DNA from: Podarcis erhardii
Lineage: Eukaryota
Assembly: GCA_964252035.1 (NCBI GenBank)
Contig: OZ176207.1
Reading direction: 5' to 3' (one strand)
DNA: 64,000 nt
Within the stretch, counting starts at the first letter, position 1. Every line of letters starts with the position of its first letter. A model generated the notes under the pieces. That model saw only the letters and a program-made list of their open reading frames with translations, searched no databases and was not told the origin of the DNA. Below, in pieces: positions 12,182 to 25,013 of this stretch. A program made the position numbers and the translations under genes.

Positions 12182-12506
12182 CTGCAAGAAAATCAAACGT
12201 ATCCAATCTTCAGGAAATCAGCCCTGAGTGCTCACTAGAAGGACAGATCCTGAAGCTGAGACTCCAATACTTTGGCCACCTCATGAGAAGAGAAGACTCC
12301 CTGGAAAAGACCCTGATGTTGGGAAAGATTGAGGGCACAAGGAGAAGGGGACGACAGAGGACGAGATGGTTGGACAGTGTTCTCGAAGCGACCAGCATGA
12401 GTCTGACCAAACTGCAGGAGGCAGTGGAAGACAGGTGTGCTTGGTGTGCTCTGGTCCATGGGGTCACGAAGAGTCAGACACGACTAAACGGCTAAACAAC
12501 AACAAC
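12182..12506 (+). mobile_element. BovB (RTE) LINE, 5'-truncated 3' end
   Basis: Encodes the BovB ORF C-terminus (RREDSLEKTLMLGKIEGTRRRGRQRTRWLD), (CAA)n tail, 12-bp TSD with one mismatch ACATAAGCCCTA/ACGTAAGCCCTA (12170, 12507). Confidence 0.9.
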
Positions 12507-15500
12507 ACGTAAGCCCTATTTGGGCATACACTGTCCAGACATGAGCAAACACCTGAGGAGAAATATGGAGTGCTTCTTAGTTCTTTCCTGTCCAGCATTT
12601 CATCTGTACACAATCCAGATCCCTCCATGAATTTGAGGACCAAGGTCTGAGGTGGGGAGCTTACTCTACTTGTAGGGGCCCCACACATGATATGGAACTT
12701 TGCACCATCATATTTTCTTTGCTTACACTTGAGGAGATTGTTCAAATAATGCTGTACTGGGTAGGAGATGCACATCATGAATGCTCCAGTTCAAATCAAA
12801 CTCCAACCATGAGTTCATTAGTTGTCCTTGGGCAAGACTCCCTTCCTCCTCTCTCTGGTTGAATTCACGCAGCAGTTTCATCCGTTTCCCTGATGTTTCC
12901 CTAACTATTAATTTCTGCATTATATTTGAGTTTTCACATGGCATGAAATCCACTTCATTTCCATGTTATTTAATTGCAGGAAAAAATCCATTTGCTGCTT
13001 CGTTAAACCGGAAAATAGCAGGAGTAAAGTGATGAAATTTGGGGCTGTATACATGGGGGAATGAATACATGCACAGCTGTTGGTGGAATATTGGCAATGT
13101 TATCCAATGATGTTCATTGTTGCGTCACACCATGCACACTGGTGTGAATGAAATTTAGTGGAACATGATATATTGCTCATATATTGATATGCTGATATAT
13201 TGGTCAAAAATATAAACATAACACAACTGGTACTGCAGTGTGAAAGGATCATTGGAAAACAGATTAGAGGCACTAGCGTTCTAGTCAGGAAAACTAATGC
13301 AATACTTTCCACATCTAAATGCAAATGTATCCTCTCTCCATCTCATCCACAATATGAGGAAAATAATGCTGATCTATCTTTCTGGGTTATTAAAGGGTTA
13401 CAAGGGAATGTATATCAACTATTTTCTACACTAAAGTGCTCTATAAACACCAAGTTAGACTGTACAGTGCAAAGAAGGCCATGTCCTCCTTAATTTATTG
13501 CTCACATTGTGCCTAGAAGAAAATAAAGCCAAGACCAATGCTATTAAAGCCAATTATTATTACTACACCATACCACATTACAGAGATAAAAAGAAGCAGG
13601 AAGAAATTGGCGACACATGCAATGGGGTGGAGCTGTGGAGCCACCCTCCAACACTAGTGTTGTTGCTGGGACTTACCTGGTCAGGGCTGGGCTGACACAA
13701 CTGTGTGGTTGGGGCTGTGCAGGTGCACCAGCAGCAGTGCTAAATGTTCCCACAGTTAAAAGCACATGACTCCAGCCTCACTCTGCCCCATCCAGGTAGG
13801 CAACATTGTATGGGGGTGGGGGGTGAATTCACCAGCTGCCCACCACCATGCATGTCACTACTGCAGGTGGGTTACTTTCAATGGCAGCTTATGAGCTCAT
13901 GTGTGACAATCAGTTGTCAAGCTCAGAACAAGCATTATTAAAAACTAGCATGTGATGACCTGTTAAACCTCCAATCATCTTTCTTGGAGATCTTGATCTT
14001 CTTCTGCTTCTTGTTCTACAAAATCAGCAGGACTAATAAAACTGCTATACTGAATTTGCTGAATGCTTTCCCCCAGAAGACAGAAAATCAAGCATCCGAT
14101 CCACTAAGCAATGCCATAAAGGTTTCTTTCAAAATTAGTCTTCATCCTTCACTACAAAATATGCACTGGCAACAAAATTTTTGACACATTAGGAGCAATC
14201 CAGCATTAATGTATATGAAGCAGCAGATACAGGGCTGTGCAGCCATATGCCCTGGCCAGATTGCCTTTCCATGGGAAAGCATTCCCAGCCAAAGAGGTGA
14301 GAGAGGGCATCTAACATTGTTATGACTCAATAGTCATTTGTAACCTATGTTACTACAACATGGAAGCATGACTGGAGATGGTATAGGTAGAAATACTAGT
14401 CACATGCACACTCAGCTACATATATACTGTTGACCACAACTGTTCCAACTGGTCATAATTTCTAATCATACATTGCAAATGCTCTTAGCTGTTTTGACTG
14501 TTATGCAAAGGGGGAAAGAGATTTTGGGTTCATGATGCAGACATATTTGGGTCAGCATATAGGTCAATACAGGGACCCCTGTTTTTCCCTATTGCTCATT
14601 GCCTGTGTTTTGTCTTTCTAGTATATGGTTTTTGGAGGTGGGGAATTGATGCATTTTATATATTTATTTAAAATAATTATATAGTACCAGTCCCACACTC
14701 AAAGAGTATCTAGGTTGTGTATAATATTGATTTAAGACCATATAAGCACCAGTTCAATGCAATAATATGCATAATAAAGTACAGTATATAATACTGTTGT
14801 CAGCAACTTAGTGGAGTTGAACACCGATGGCCAGCAAATACTTGTTCACATAGATACATCTTTAAGTTGATGAAAACACTGCACCTCAATAATCTCAATA
14901 ATCTCAATAATCATTTGTCACGTATGTTACTACAGCATGGAAGCATGACTGGAGATGGTATAGGTGGAAATACTAGCCACATGCACACTCACCTACATAC
15001 ATACTGTTGACCACAACTGTTCCAACTAGTCATAATTTCTAATCATACATTGCAAATGTTCTTAGCTGTTCTGACTGTTAAGGAAAGGAGGAATACTGTA
15101 CTGATGCAGGTAATGAGACAACCAGGAATGCCTCCACTGAAGATCTTGGTGAACAGTTGAATTGATATGAGAACAATCATAATCTTGAACAATCTTTGCT
15201 AAGTTGTTTTAGAAAGGATGAGGTAAAATATTGGACAATTTAGGAGTGCTTCATTAATCTTTTTGTGACATATTGGCATAGTCTCCTTTGGGAAGTTGTG
15301 GACTCTCCTTCATTGGAGGTTTTTTTAGCAGAGGTTGGATGGCCATCTGCCATGGATGCTCTAGCTGAGATTCCTGCATTGCAGGGGGTTGGAGCAGATG
15401 ACCCTTGGGTCCCTTGCAACTCTATGACTCCATGAGAGAAAGTCTAATTGCACCACTCATTGATCAGACAAAGGCTGTGCACGAGCTCTTTTCATTCTGC

Positions 15501-16805
15501 AACCAGCATGCAGTCACAGGACCTGAGGGGTGCTTGTATTATTGACAGCTTTCACCAATACTTCACCATATCATACATTGTGCTTTTCCAATCAGACCCA
15601 ACTTTGTATGAGCTTTAATTTGTTTTAATCTATTCTGTTGTGATTTTAACTTTCTGTGTGCTTTAAATTATGGTTACCATTTAAAAAATATTATTTTATT
15701 CATTTTTAACAATATAAAAGTTTAATAATGTAGAACATTTCTATACTCTCAATCTGAAAAATACAAAAACACAGATCTCCATTGTTCGTTTAAAACTTCC
15801 TTGTCTCAAACCACAAAACAGGCTTTAATGTTCAATTTCCCTTCCCTTCTTCTTGAAGCCAAAAAGCAGCTCACACACTGAAAGTAATTTATCACCAGCT
15901 GATGGACAAATCTCCCTCAGTTATAAATTATAACAGTTCCAAACACAGTTAAGAAAGGGAGGCTTTTGCAGATCCCATACCCATCACAGCTCTTTCATGG
16001 CTTTGGGGCAAGATGTAAAGTCCTCAGCTCTCAAGTCACTTAACCCCCATCCGAGTTCCTAGAAGCTGACTGCTTCTTGGTCTCTTGACAACGGAAACAG
16101 CTTTTTCAAAGCACCAGAGATTAATCCCTTGTTCACTCTTTTTTCCAAAATGAATATGGGAGCCAAGACTTATGTCTGGCTATCATCAATCACCATGTAA
16201 TTATCTCTGTTGGCCGACCGCCAACAAAAGATATTCAATCCACTATTTCCTTCCCCACAACACATAAAAAGCTCCCCACAAACTTCCTAATATTTAGTTT
16301 AATAATAAGGAGAAGTTTCCCAATAAATTGAAATTTTTCAAACTTCTTGAAGAATATGCAATGTAATATATTTTTATGTCTGTTTTTCTGGGTTTTTTTA
16401 AGAGATAACATTAAAATAGCTACATATTCAATTTTAATCATACTACGAAGGTAGGAAAGAAGGAAGGAAGGAAGAATAAGCACCGTCTCCACTCAAACAT
16501 GCTACGACATCCTGTGGTCCGAGATTGTCACCCTAAGTCAGAATCCAAAAGTGCATCTGGATAATTCTGACTGAGGCTCCCCCCAACTTGCAATTTTGCC
16601 CTTCAACAACTGCTAAAAGGCCCATTCCATTAGCATGATCTGTAGCAGTAGCAGCTCAGTATACTCCCTACCTACTTCCCTGGTGACATGGCCTGAATTG
16701 TCTGGGTGCCAGTTTGATAACATCCACTGTTTACAATTAAACTCTCAAACAAGTGATAACACACCTAATTCCCTTAAAAAAGAAAAAAAAAGCAATATAA
16801 CTCAC

Positions 16806-19235
16806 CGTGCTGTCATTTTCCTTTTCAGAAATTAAATTGCCTCCACTGACCATCAAAGAAATGTCAGAGTTGCCATTGCAAAGGAGGTTCTCTGCTATTT
16901 GGACTGTGGGCTGCAGGAATGTCAGCTCATTCCTCCTGGATTCAGAGGACAGACAGACCTGGTAGGAATAAGGCAAAGTTCCGTCCTCATAATTGGGTGG
17001 GAATATGGCACCAGCCTTTGAGTGGGGGTCAGGAATAAAGCACTGAAGGAAAGTGGGGTTCCTTGACCTTCGAAGCTTCATCAGAATGGTCAGAATCACC
17101 GTCACCAGGAATAGAAAGGAAACCAAGGTCAAGGCCAATACCAAATAAAACTGTAGATCAGACTGATATTCTGAGTCATTTGGTTGGGAGTTAATTTCTG
17201 GAAGAGCCTCCTGGAAGTTCTCAGCAAACACCAGGCTCAACGTTGTGGTGGCTGAGAGAGGAGGATGCCCATTGTCCTTCACCAGGATGACCAGCCTCTG
17301 CTTCACAGCATCTCTTTCAAGTAATGCTCGGACTGTTTGCACCTCTCCTGTGTGGGAGCCAATGCTGAAGAGTGAGGGCTCTGTGGCCTGCAGGAGATGG
17401 AAGGAGAGCCAGGCATTGTGTCCCGAATCAGAGTCCACGGCCACCACCTTCGTCACCAGATAACCCGACTCAGCTGACCGAGGCACCATCTCAAAGAAAG
17501 GTGAGCCCTCTGTTGATTGTGAGGGGTACAGGATCTGCGGAGCGTTATCATTTCGATCCAAAACACATACTGTCACTGTGGCACTGCTATTGAGTGGTGG
17601 AGAACCTCCATCTTGGGCCTTCACTTGAATCTGAAACTCCCTGAATTGCTCATAGTCAAAGGAGCGTTGGGCATAGATGATCCCAGTCTCAGAGTTAATG
17701 GAGACATAGGAGGAGAGAGGCAGGTCCTTGATGTTGCTGTTAAGGATGGAGTAAGTGATTCTGGCATTGCGATCCAGATCTGGGTCAGAGGCCTTGATGT
17801 GGAAAATGGAAGCTCCAGATGGGTTGTTCTCTGGAATGTAGGCAGTGTAGGAAGATTTTTCAAAGGCTGGTGGGTTATCATTGATATCTGAGATCTGTAT
17901 GGATATGGATTTTTGTGTGGACAGTGGAGGTGTTCCTTTGTCTGTTGCTGTGATTGTAATATTATACTCGGGAGTCATTTCTCCGTCAAGGGCACCATCT
18001 ATGAGGAGCTTGAAATAATTATCCGAAGATGAGACTATCAGGAAAGGTACAAGTTCCTTCAGGTGACAGGTGACTTCTCCATTATCACCAGAATCCCTGT
18101 CCTGAACTTTAATGAGAGCAATCACAGCTCCAGATGTGACATCTTCCGGAACTGGGCTGGACACGGATGTAAGGATCACATCTGGAGCATTGTCATTCTC
18201 ATCAAGAACCTCAATTTCTACTTTGCAATGTGCTGCCAATCCTCCTCCATCACTTGCCTGAATTATCATCACATAATATTGACTTTCTTCAAAATCAACA
18301 CTTTCTATGAGTGCAATTGTTCCATCTCTGGGATCCAGATGAAACTTCTGCTTGGCTGTTTTTGGGATGTCACTGAAAGTATAAGTGATCTCAGCATATG
18401 ACCCTTCATCACTGTCAGATGCTTTGACTTGAAGCACAGAGGTTCCTTTGGGTGCACTCTCCTTCAGGCTCACTTTATAGATTGTCTGGCTGAAAGCAGG
18501 GACATTGTCATTAATATCAATAACTGCAACCAATATTTTGGCTGTTCCGGTTTTTGGAGGTTCTCCACCATCCATGGCTGTAAGGACCATGTTATGCATT
18601 TGTTCCTTTTCCCTGTCCAGTTGTTTCTGCAATATTAATTCTGCATATTTGCCACCATCATTGCCAGCTTGAATTTCTAATTTGAAATATGGAGTTGAGC
18701 TCAATTGATAGTTCTGGAGGGAGTTTATTCCGATATCATCATCTTCAGCATTTCCAAGAGCAAATCGAGTTCCCAGCAGAGTAGACTCACTCAATTTAAG
18801 CTCAATATTTTCATTCTGGAAATGTGGGGCATTATCATTGATGTCCTGGATAAAAATATTTACGTGGAAAATATTCAAAGGATTGTGTGCCACAACTTCT
18901 AATTTGAGGACACAAGTGGATGATTTACCACAAATCTCTTCCCGGTCTATCCTCTCATTCACATACAGGTTGCCATTTTGTTCATTCAGATCAAAGAATT
19001 GCTTTTCTGAAGAAATACCAAGCTTGCGCTTTGACAGCTCTCTGAGATCCAACCCCAGATCTTTAGCAAGGTCCCCCACAAAGGAGCCCTGCTCTGCTTC
19101 CTCTGGAACTGAATACTGAACCTTCTCAGACACTACCTGGCAGCAGAACACAGACCAGAATATGAACAGAAACAGTACTTGCCTCTTGGTGATCTTCCTT
19201 GTTCTCTCTGCCTGCTTTAATTCCATCACATCCAT
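16806..19235 (-). CDS. PCDHGB: Protocadherin gamma-B-like variable exon (B3), 810 codons
   Basis: ORF 16737..19235, close paralog of B1; donor ACG|GTGAGT after 16806. Confidence 0.95.
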
Positions 19236-19463
19236 TGTTGTTTCTGATTTCCTCCACCTTTCACTTCAATTTTCAAGACTCCCAGTACACTTAAGTGAGA
19301 TAGTACTAATGTTGTTCTTTTTAGCTGATCCCTGGAAACAGAGATTTCCTTTCTCAAGCAGCTTTTAAAATAAAAGCTTTTCCTTTCTGCTCAGCTGAAG
19401 TGTTAAGAGAGAGAAACTGCTCCAAGAGTCTCAGAAATGCTGAGCCATGGCTGCTCCCACGTT

Positions 19464-19502
19464 GTCCAACAGTGACACTCTGAGTCCACATGGGGAACTG
19501 CT
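19464..19502 (-). promoter_or_regulatory. CSE/CTCF-type site of B3, CACT variant
   Basis: AGCAG-TTCCCCATGTGG-ACTCAGAGTGTCACTGTTGGAC, about 229 bp upstream of the ATG. Confidence 0.75.
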
Positions 19503-20189
19503 TTTACTTTTTCTATAATTCTACATAGATTTTTTCTCTAAACAAATTTCTTCTCCATCACTTGTGTGCATCCTCTTCACTTCCCAGTGCCTCACCATTC
19601 AGCATCATTGCTTTATTTTCTTTCTTTAAAAAGAAATAAAAAACCCCAAGAAAACCATAGGAATAGTAGAGAGGGGATGCCTGTTGGTGAGGCGGGCTCA
19701 TCAGATATAGAAGGTTTGTTTTCAGAGCCGTCTAAAGAAATTGTGGTCTTCTAGATCATTTAAGGAGTGTAATTCCTTGTCAGGGTACACATGGTTTGTC
19801 AATGTCTCCTTTATTGGATCAGGAGGCAGTGGGGTCTACATTTGACATGCTCCCTGGCAGGAAGTGCCAGTTCTGTGCATGTTCAGGAACATCATTTCTG
19901 GTTTGAGGTTAGATAGGACTCTCCTAACGCTGCCCATTGACAGTTACTACCAGTACCCCACACAAAGGTGATTTTTTTTTACTTGAAAAGCGGAAGAAAT
20001 GGCAGGGAGGTTTAGCTAATGGTACTGATGAACCCCATTTTACACTTGAAATTAATTCAAAGAAAACTGGGTCCTCACTAAACTAAAGTGATTAAAAAAG
20101 ATGGTAGAGCTTATATTTAAAATCTTCTCATAGGACCTGGACTAAAGCTAGCTGCACTCTTTATAAAAGAGATATCATGTAATACATTA

Positions 20190-20449
20190 CAGTGGTACCT
20201 CCGGATGCGAACGGGATCTGTTTCAGAGCCCCGTTTGCATCCTGAATAGAATGTAAGACGCGACGGCACGTCTGCGTGTGCGTGGGTCGCGTTTTTTCAC
20301 TTCTGCACATGCGCGTGACATCTTTTTGAGTTTCTGCGCATGTTCGAGTGGCAAAACCTGGAAGTAACACGTTCCATTACTTCCGGGTTGCCACGGAGCG
20401 CAACCCGAAAGCGCTCAACCAGAAGCACATTCAACCTGAGGCATGACTG
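20190..20449. mobile_element. Tc1/mariner (Tigger-like) MITE
   Basis: Starts CAGTGGTACCTC, ends GAGGCATGACTG, TA TSD; empty sites in paralogous spacers near 25745 and 44870. Confidence 0.8.
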
Positions 20450-21929
20450 TACTATGTTATTTGCTATCTGTCTTTCATCCAGTTCAAACATAGCATTTAT
20501 ATCTCTATACTTTTGCATAATTCCATTTAAAAAGTTTCTGTAAAAGAATAAAATACTGAAAGACCAAACTAACCAATGTGCATTTGATTAATGTGATCAA
20601 AATATTTTACCACTTGTATTTACAATAATGTAATGCAACTATTTCAAGCACCATTTTTTCTCCAAGTGTTCAAAATATTACCGGTAAATCATTTCCAGTT
20701 TCTCTTTAACCGTCATACAATTTTGTGTGAATCAAAGAATTCTCACCCCATCAGCTCCAATGCAGTTTTGATTCTGCAATGAACGTACTTCCAGGACATT
20801 GTCACAAATGGTCACCCCAACAATATCTCCAAAGTTCAGCCTCTACCAGCTACAGCTGTTTCAATAACTTGGCACAAACCTTATAATGTTGCTTGGGGAC
20901 ATCTCTCTAACCAAGGACAGTTTTCTTGTGAGTTTCTTAATAGGGTCAGAAGCACATCCCACAAATAAGTGTTTTCCAGCTTGGGATGTTTGGACATTGT
21001 CAAGCACTCTTCTTCTGACACCACAGACACATATATTTTCTGGGATTCAAAATTCTACCTCTACCAAACAGTGGAAATCTCATTGGGGTAGAAACAGCCC
21101 ACCCCCCCACCCCTTCCAAAGAATTAGTGTGTTGCTGAAGGTTCCAAGTTGTAAGGAAAATAATGCAATCAATCTTACATAATATTGCTTGCATTTTTAA
21201 TTTGCTTTAATTTGTATTAATCTATTCTGTTGTGATTTTAACTTTCTGTGTGTTTTGAATTATGGTTGTCATTTTAAAAATATTATTTTTATTCATTTTT
21301 AATAATATAAAAGTTTAACAATGTAGAACATTTATATACTCTCAATCTAAAAAATACAAAAATACAGATTTCCATTGTTAAAACTGGACAAATCTCCCTC
21401 AGTTATAAATTATAACTGTCCCCAAAAAAATTAAGAAAGGGAGACCTTTGCAGATCCCATACCCGTCACGGCTCTTACATGGCTTTAAGGCAAGATGTAA
21501 AGTCCTCAGCTCTCAAGTTGCTTAACCCCCATCGGAGTTCCTAGGAGCTGACTGCTTCTTGGTCTCTTGACAACAGAAAACAGCTTATTCAAAGCACCAG
21601 GGATTAATCTCTTATTCACTCTTTCCCCCAAAATGAATATGGGAGCCAAGATTTATGTCTGGCTATCATCAATCACCATGTAATTATCTCTGCTGGCAGA
21701 CTGTCAACAAAAGATGTTCAATCTGCTATTTCTTCCCCATAACACATAAAAAACTCTCCACAAACTTCCTAATATTTAGTTTGATATTAAGGAATTTTTT
21801 GCCAATAACTAACAATTTTGCAAACTTCTTGAAGCATATACTATGTAGGATGTTTTTGTGTTTGTTCTTGCATATACTGTATCTTTTTAAAGAGAGAACA
21901 TTAAAACATATTCAAATTTAGTCATGCTG

Positions 21930-21931
21930 GA

Positions 21932-21979
<48 letters not shown>

Positions 21980-21981
21980 AA
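21930..21981. repeat. (GAAA)n microsatellite (paralog at 47081..47130)
   Basis: Direct GAAA units downstream of the B4 and B8 donors. Confidence 0.95.
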
Positions 21982-22313
21982 ACAATTTAGCACTGTCTCC
22001 AGTCAAATGTGCTATGCTGTGGTCCTAGATCATCACCCTAAGTCAGCATGAAGATAGGCATCTAGATAATTCAGACTGAGGCTTCCACAATTTGCAGTTT
22101 TCTCCCTCAACAACTGCTGAAAAATCCATCCCATTAGGTTGCTCTGTAGCAGTAGCAGCTCAGTATACTCCCTACCTACTTCCCTGGTGACATGGCCTGA
22201 ATTGTCTGGGGTGCCAGTTTGATAACACCCACTGTTTACAATTAAACTCTCAAACAAGTGATAACACACCTAATTCCCTTAAAAAAGAAAAAAAAGAATG
22301 CAATATAACTCAC

Positions 22314-24743
22314 CGTGCTGTCATTTTCCTTTTCAGAAATTAAATTGCCTCCACTGACCATCAAAGAAATGTCAGAGTTGCCATTGCAAAGGAGGTTCTC
22401 TGCTATTTGGACTGTGGGCTGCAGGAATGTCAGCTCATTCCTCCTGGATTCAGAGGACAGACAGACCTGGTAGGAATAAGGCAAAGTTCCGTCCTCATAA
22501 TTGGGTGGGAATATGGCGCCAGCCTTTGAGTGGGGGTCAGGAATAAAGCACTGAAGGAAAGTGGGCTTTCTTGACCTTCGAAGCTTCATCAGAATGGTCA
22601 GAATCACCGTCACCAGGAACAGAAAGGAAACCAAGGTCAAGGCCAATACCAAATAAAACTGTAGATCAGACTGATACTCTGAGTCATTTGGTTGGGAGTT
22701 CATTTCTGGAAGAGCCTCCTGGAAGTTCTCAGCAAACACCAGGCTCAAAGTTGTGGTGGCTGAGAGAGGAGGATGCCCATTGTCCTTCACCAGGATGACC
22801 AGCCTCTGCTTCACAGCATCTCTCTCAAGTAATGCTCGGACTGTTTGCACCTCTCCTGTGTGGGAGCCAATGCTGAAGAGTGAGGGCTCTGTGGCCTGCA
22901 GGAGATGGAAGGAGAGCCAGGCATTGTGTCCCGAATCAGAGTCCACGGCCACCACCTTCGTCACCAGATAACCCAACTCAGCTGACCGAGGCACCATCTC
23001 AAAGAAAGGTGAGCCCTCTGTTGATTGTGAGGGGTACAGGATCTGCGGAGCGTTATCATTTCGATCCAAAACACATACTGTCACTGTGGCACTGCTATTG
23101 AGTGGTGGAGAACCTCCATCTTGGGCCTTCACTTGAATCTGAAACTCCCTGAATTGCTCATAGTCAAAGGAGCGTTGGGCATAGATGATCCCAGTCTCAG
23201 AGTTAATGGAGACATAGGAGGAGAGAGGCAGGTCCTTGATGTTGCTGTTAAGGATGGAGTAAATGATTCTGGCATTGCGATCCAGATCTGGGTCTGAGGC
23301 CTTGATGTGGAAAATTGAAGCTCCAGATGGGTTGTTCTCTGGAATGTAGGCAGTGTAGGAAGATTTTTCAAAGGCTGGTGGGTTATCATTGATATCTGAG
23401 ATCTGTATTGATATGGATTTGTGTGTGGAGAGTGGAGGGGTGCCTTTGTCTGTTGCTGTGATTGTAATATTATACTCGGGAGTCCTTTCTCTGTCAAGAG
23501 CACCATCTATGAGGAGCTTGAAGTAATTACTTGAAGATGATACTATCAGGAAAGGTACAAGTTCCTTCAGGTGACAGGTGACTTCTCCATTATCCCCAGA
23601 ATCCCTGTCCTGAACTTTAATGAGAGCAATCACAGCTCCAGATGTGACATCTTCTGGAACTGGGCTGGACACGGATGTAAGGATCACATCTGGAGCATTG
23701 TCATTCTCATCAAGAACCTCAATTTCCACATTGCAATGTGCCACCAATCCTCCTCCATCACTTGCCTGAATTATCATCACATATTTTTGTCTGTCCTCAA
23801 AATCAACACTTTCTATGAGTGTGATTGTTCCATCTCTGGGATCCAGATGAAACTTCTGCTTGGCTGTTTTTGGGATGTCACTGAAAGTGTAAGTGATCTC
23901 AGCATTTGACCCTTCATCGCTGTCAGATGCTTTGACTTGAAGCACAGAGGTTCCTTTGGGTGCACTCTCCTTCAGGCTCACTTTATAGATTGTTTGGGTG
24001 AAAACAGGGGCATTGTCATTAGTATCAATAACTGCAACCAATATTTTGGCTGTTCCGGTTTTTGGAGGTTCTCCACCATCCATGGCTGTAAGGACCATGT
24101 TATGCATCTGTTCCTTTTCCCTGTCCAATTGTTTCTGCAATATTAATTCTGCATATTTGCCACCATCATTGCCAGCTTGAATTTCTAGTTTGAAATATGG
24201 AGTTGAGCTCAATTGATAGTTCTGGAGGGAGTTTATTCCGATATCATCATCTTCAGCATTTCCAAGAGCAAATCGAGTTCCCGGCAGAGTAGACTCACTC
24301 AATTTAAGCTCAATATTTTCATTCTGGAAATGTGGAGCATTGTCATTAATGTCCTGAATTAAAATATTTACGTGGAAAATATTCAAAGGATTGTGTGCCA
24401 CAACTTCTAATTCGAGGACACAAGTGGATGATTCCCCACAAATCTCTTCCCGGTCTATCCTCTCATTCACATACAGGTTGCCATTTTGTTCATTCAGATC
24501 AAAGAATTGCTTTTCTGAAGAAATACCAAGCTTGCGCTTTGACAGCTCTCTGAGATCCAACCCCAGATCCTTAGCAAGGTTCCCCACAAAGGAGCCCTGC
24601 TCTGCTTCCTCTGGAACTGAATATTGAACTTGCTCAGACCCCACCTGGCAGAAGAACACAGACCAGAATATGAACAGAAACAGTACTTGCCTCCTGATGA
24701 TCTTCCTTGTTTTCTCTACCTGCTTTATTTCCATAACATCCAT
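22314..24743 (-). CDS. PCDHGB: Protocadherin gamma-B-like variable exon (B4), 810 codons
   Basis: ORF 22242..24743; donor ACG|GTGAGT after 22314. Confidence 0.95.
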
Positions 24744-24974
24744 TGTTGTTTCTGATTTCCTCCTTCTTTTACTTCAGTTTTTAAGACTCCCAGTACACTT
24801 ATTTGAGATAATAGAAATATTGTTCTTTTGAGATGATCTTTGGGAAACTGAGAGCTTTCCTTTCTCGAGCGGCTTTTAAAATAAAAGCTTTTCCTTTCTA
24901 CTCAGCTGAAGTGTTAAGAGAGAGAAACTGCTCCAAGAGTCTCAGAAATGCTGAGCCATGGCTGCTTCCACGTT

Positions 24975-25013
24975 GTCCAACAGTGACACTCTGAGTCCAC
25001 ACGGGGAACTGTT
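24975..25013 (-). promoter_or_regulatory. CSE/CTCF-type site of B4, CACT variant
   Basis: AACAG-TTCCCCGTGTGG-ACTCAGAGTGTCACTGTTGGAC, about 232 bp upstream of the ATG. Confidence 0.75.

Larger units (their letters stand above)
19500..22313. repeat. Duplicated B-B spacer, homologous to about 44150..47452; its left part also to about 25000..26480
   Basis: Colinear non-coding similarity, the same junction (about 21190 and 45620) and the same ~135 bp deletion relative to 1620-1770. Confidence 0.88.

Noticed and set aside
13669-13682. Perfect minus-strand donors CAG|GTAAGT at about 13675 and 51583 as lost variable exon ends
   Set aside because: No Pcdh-like coding sequence upstream; the 13675 site is not conserved in the paralog near 39250.
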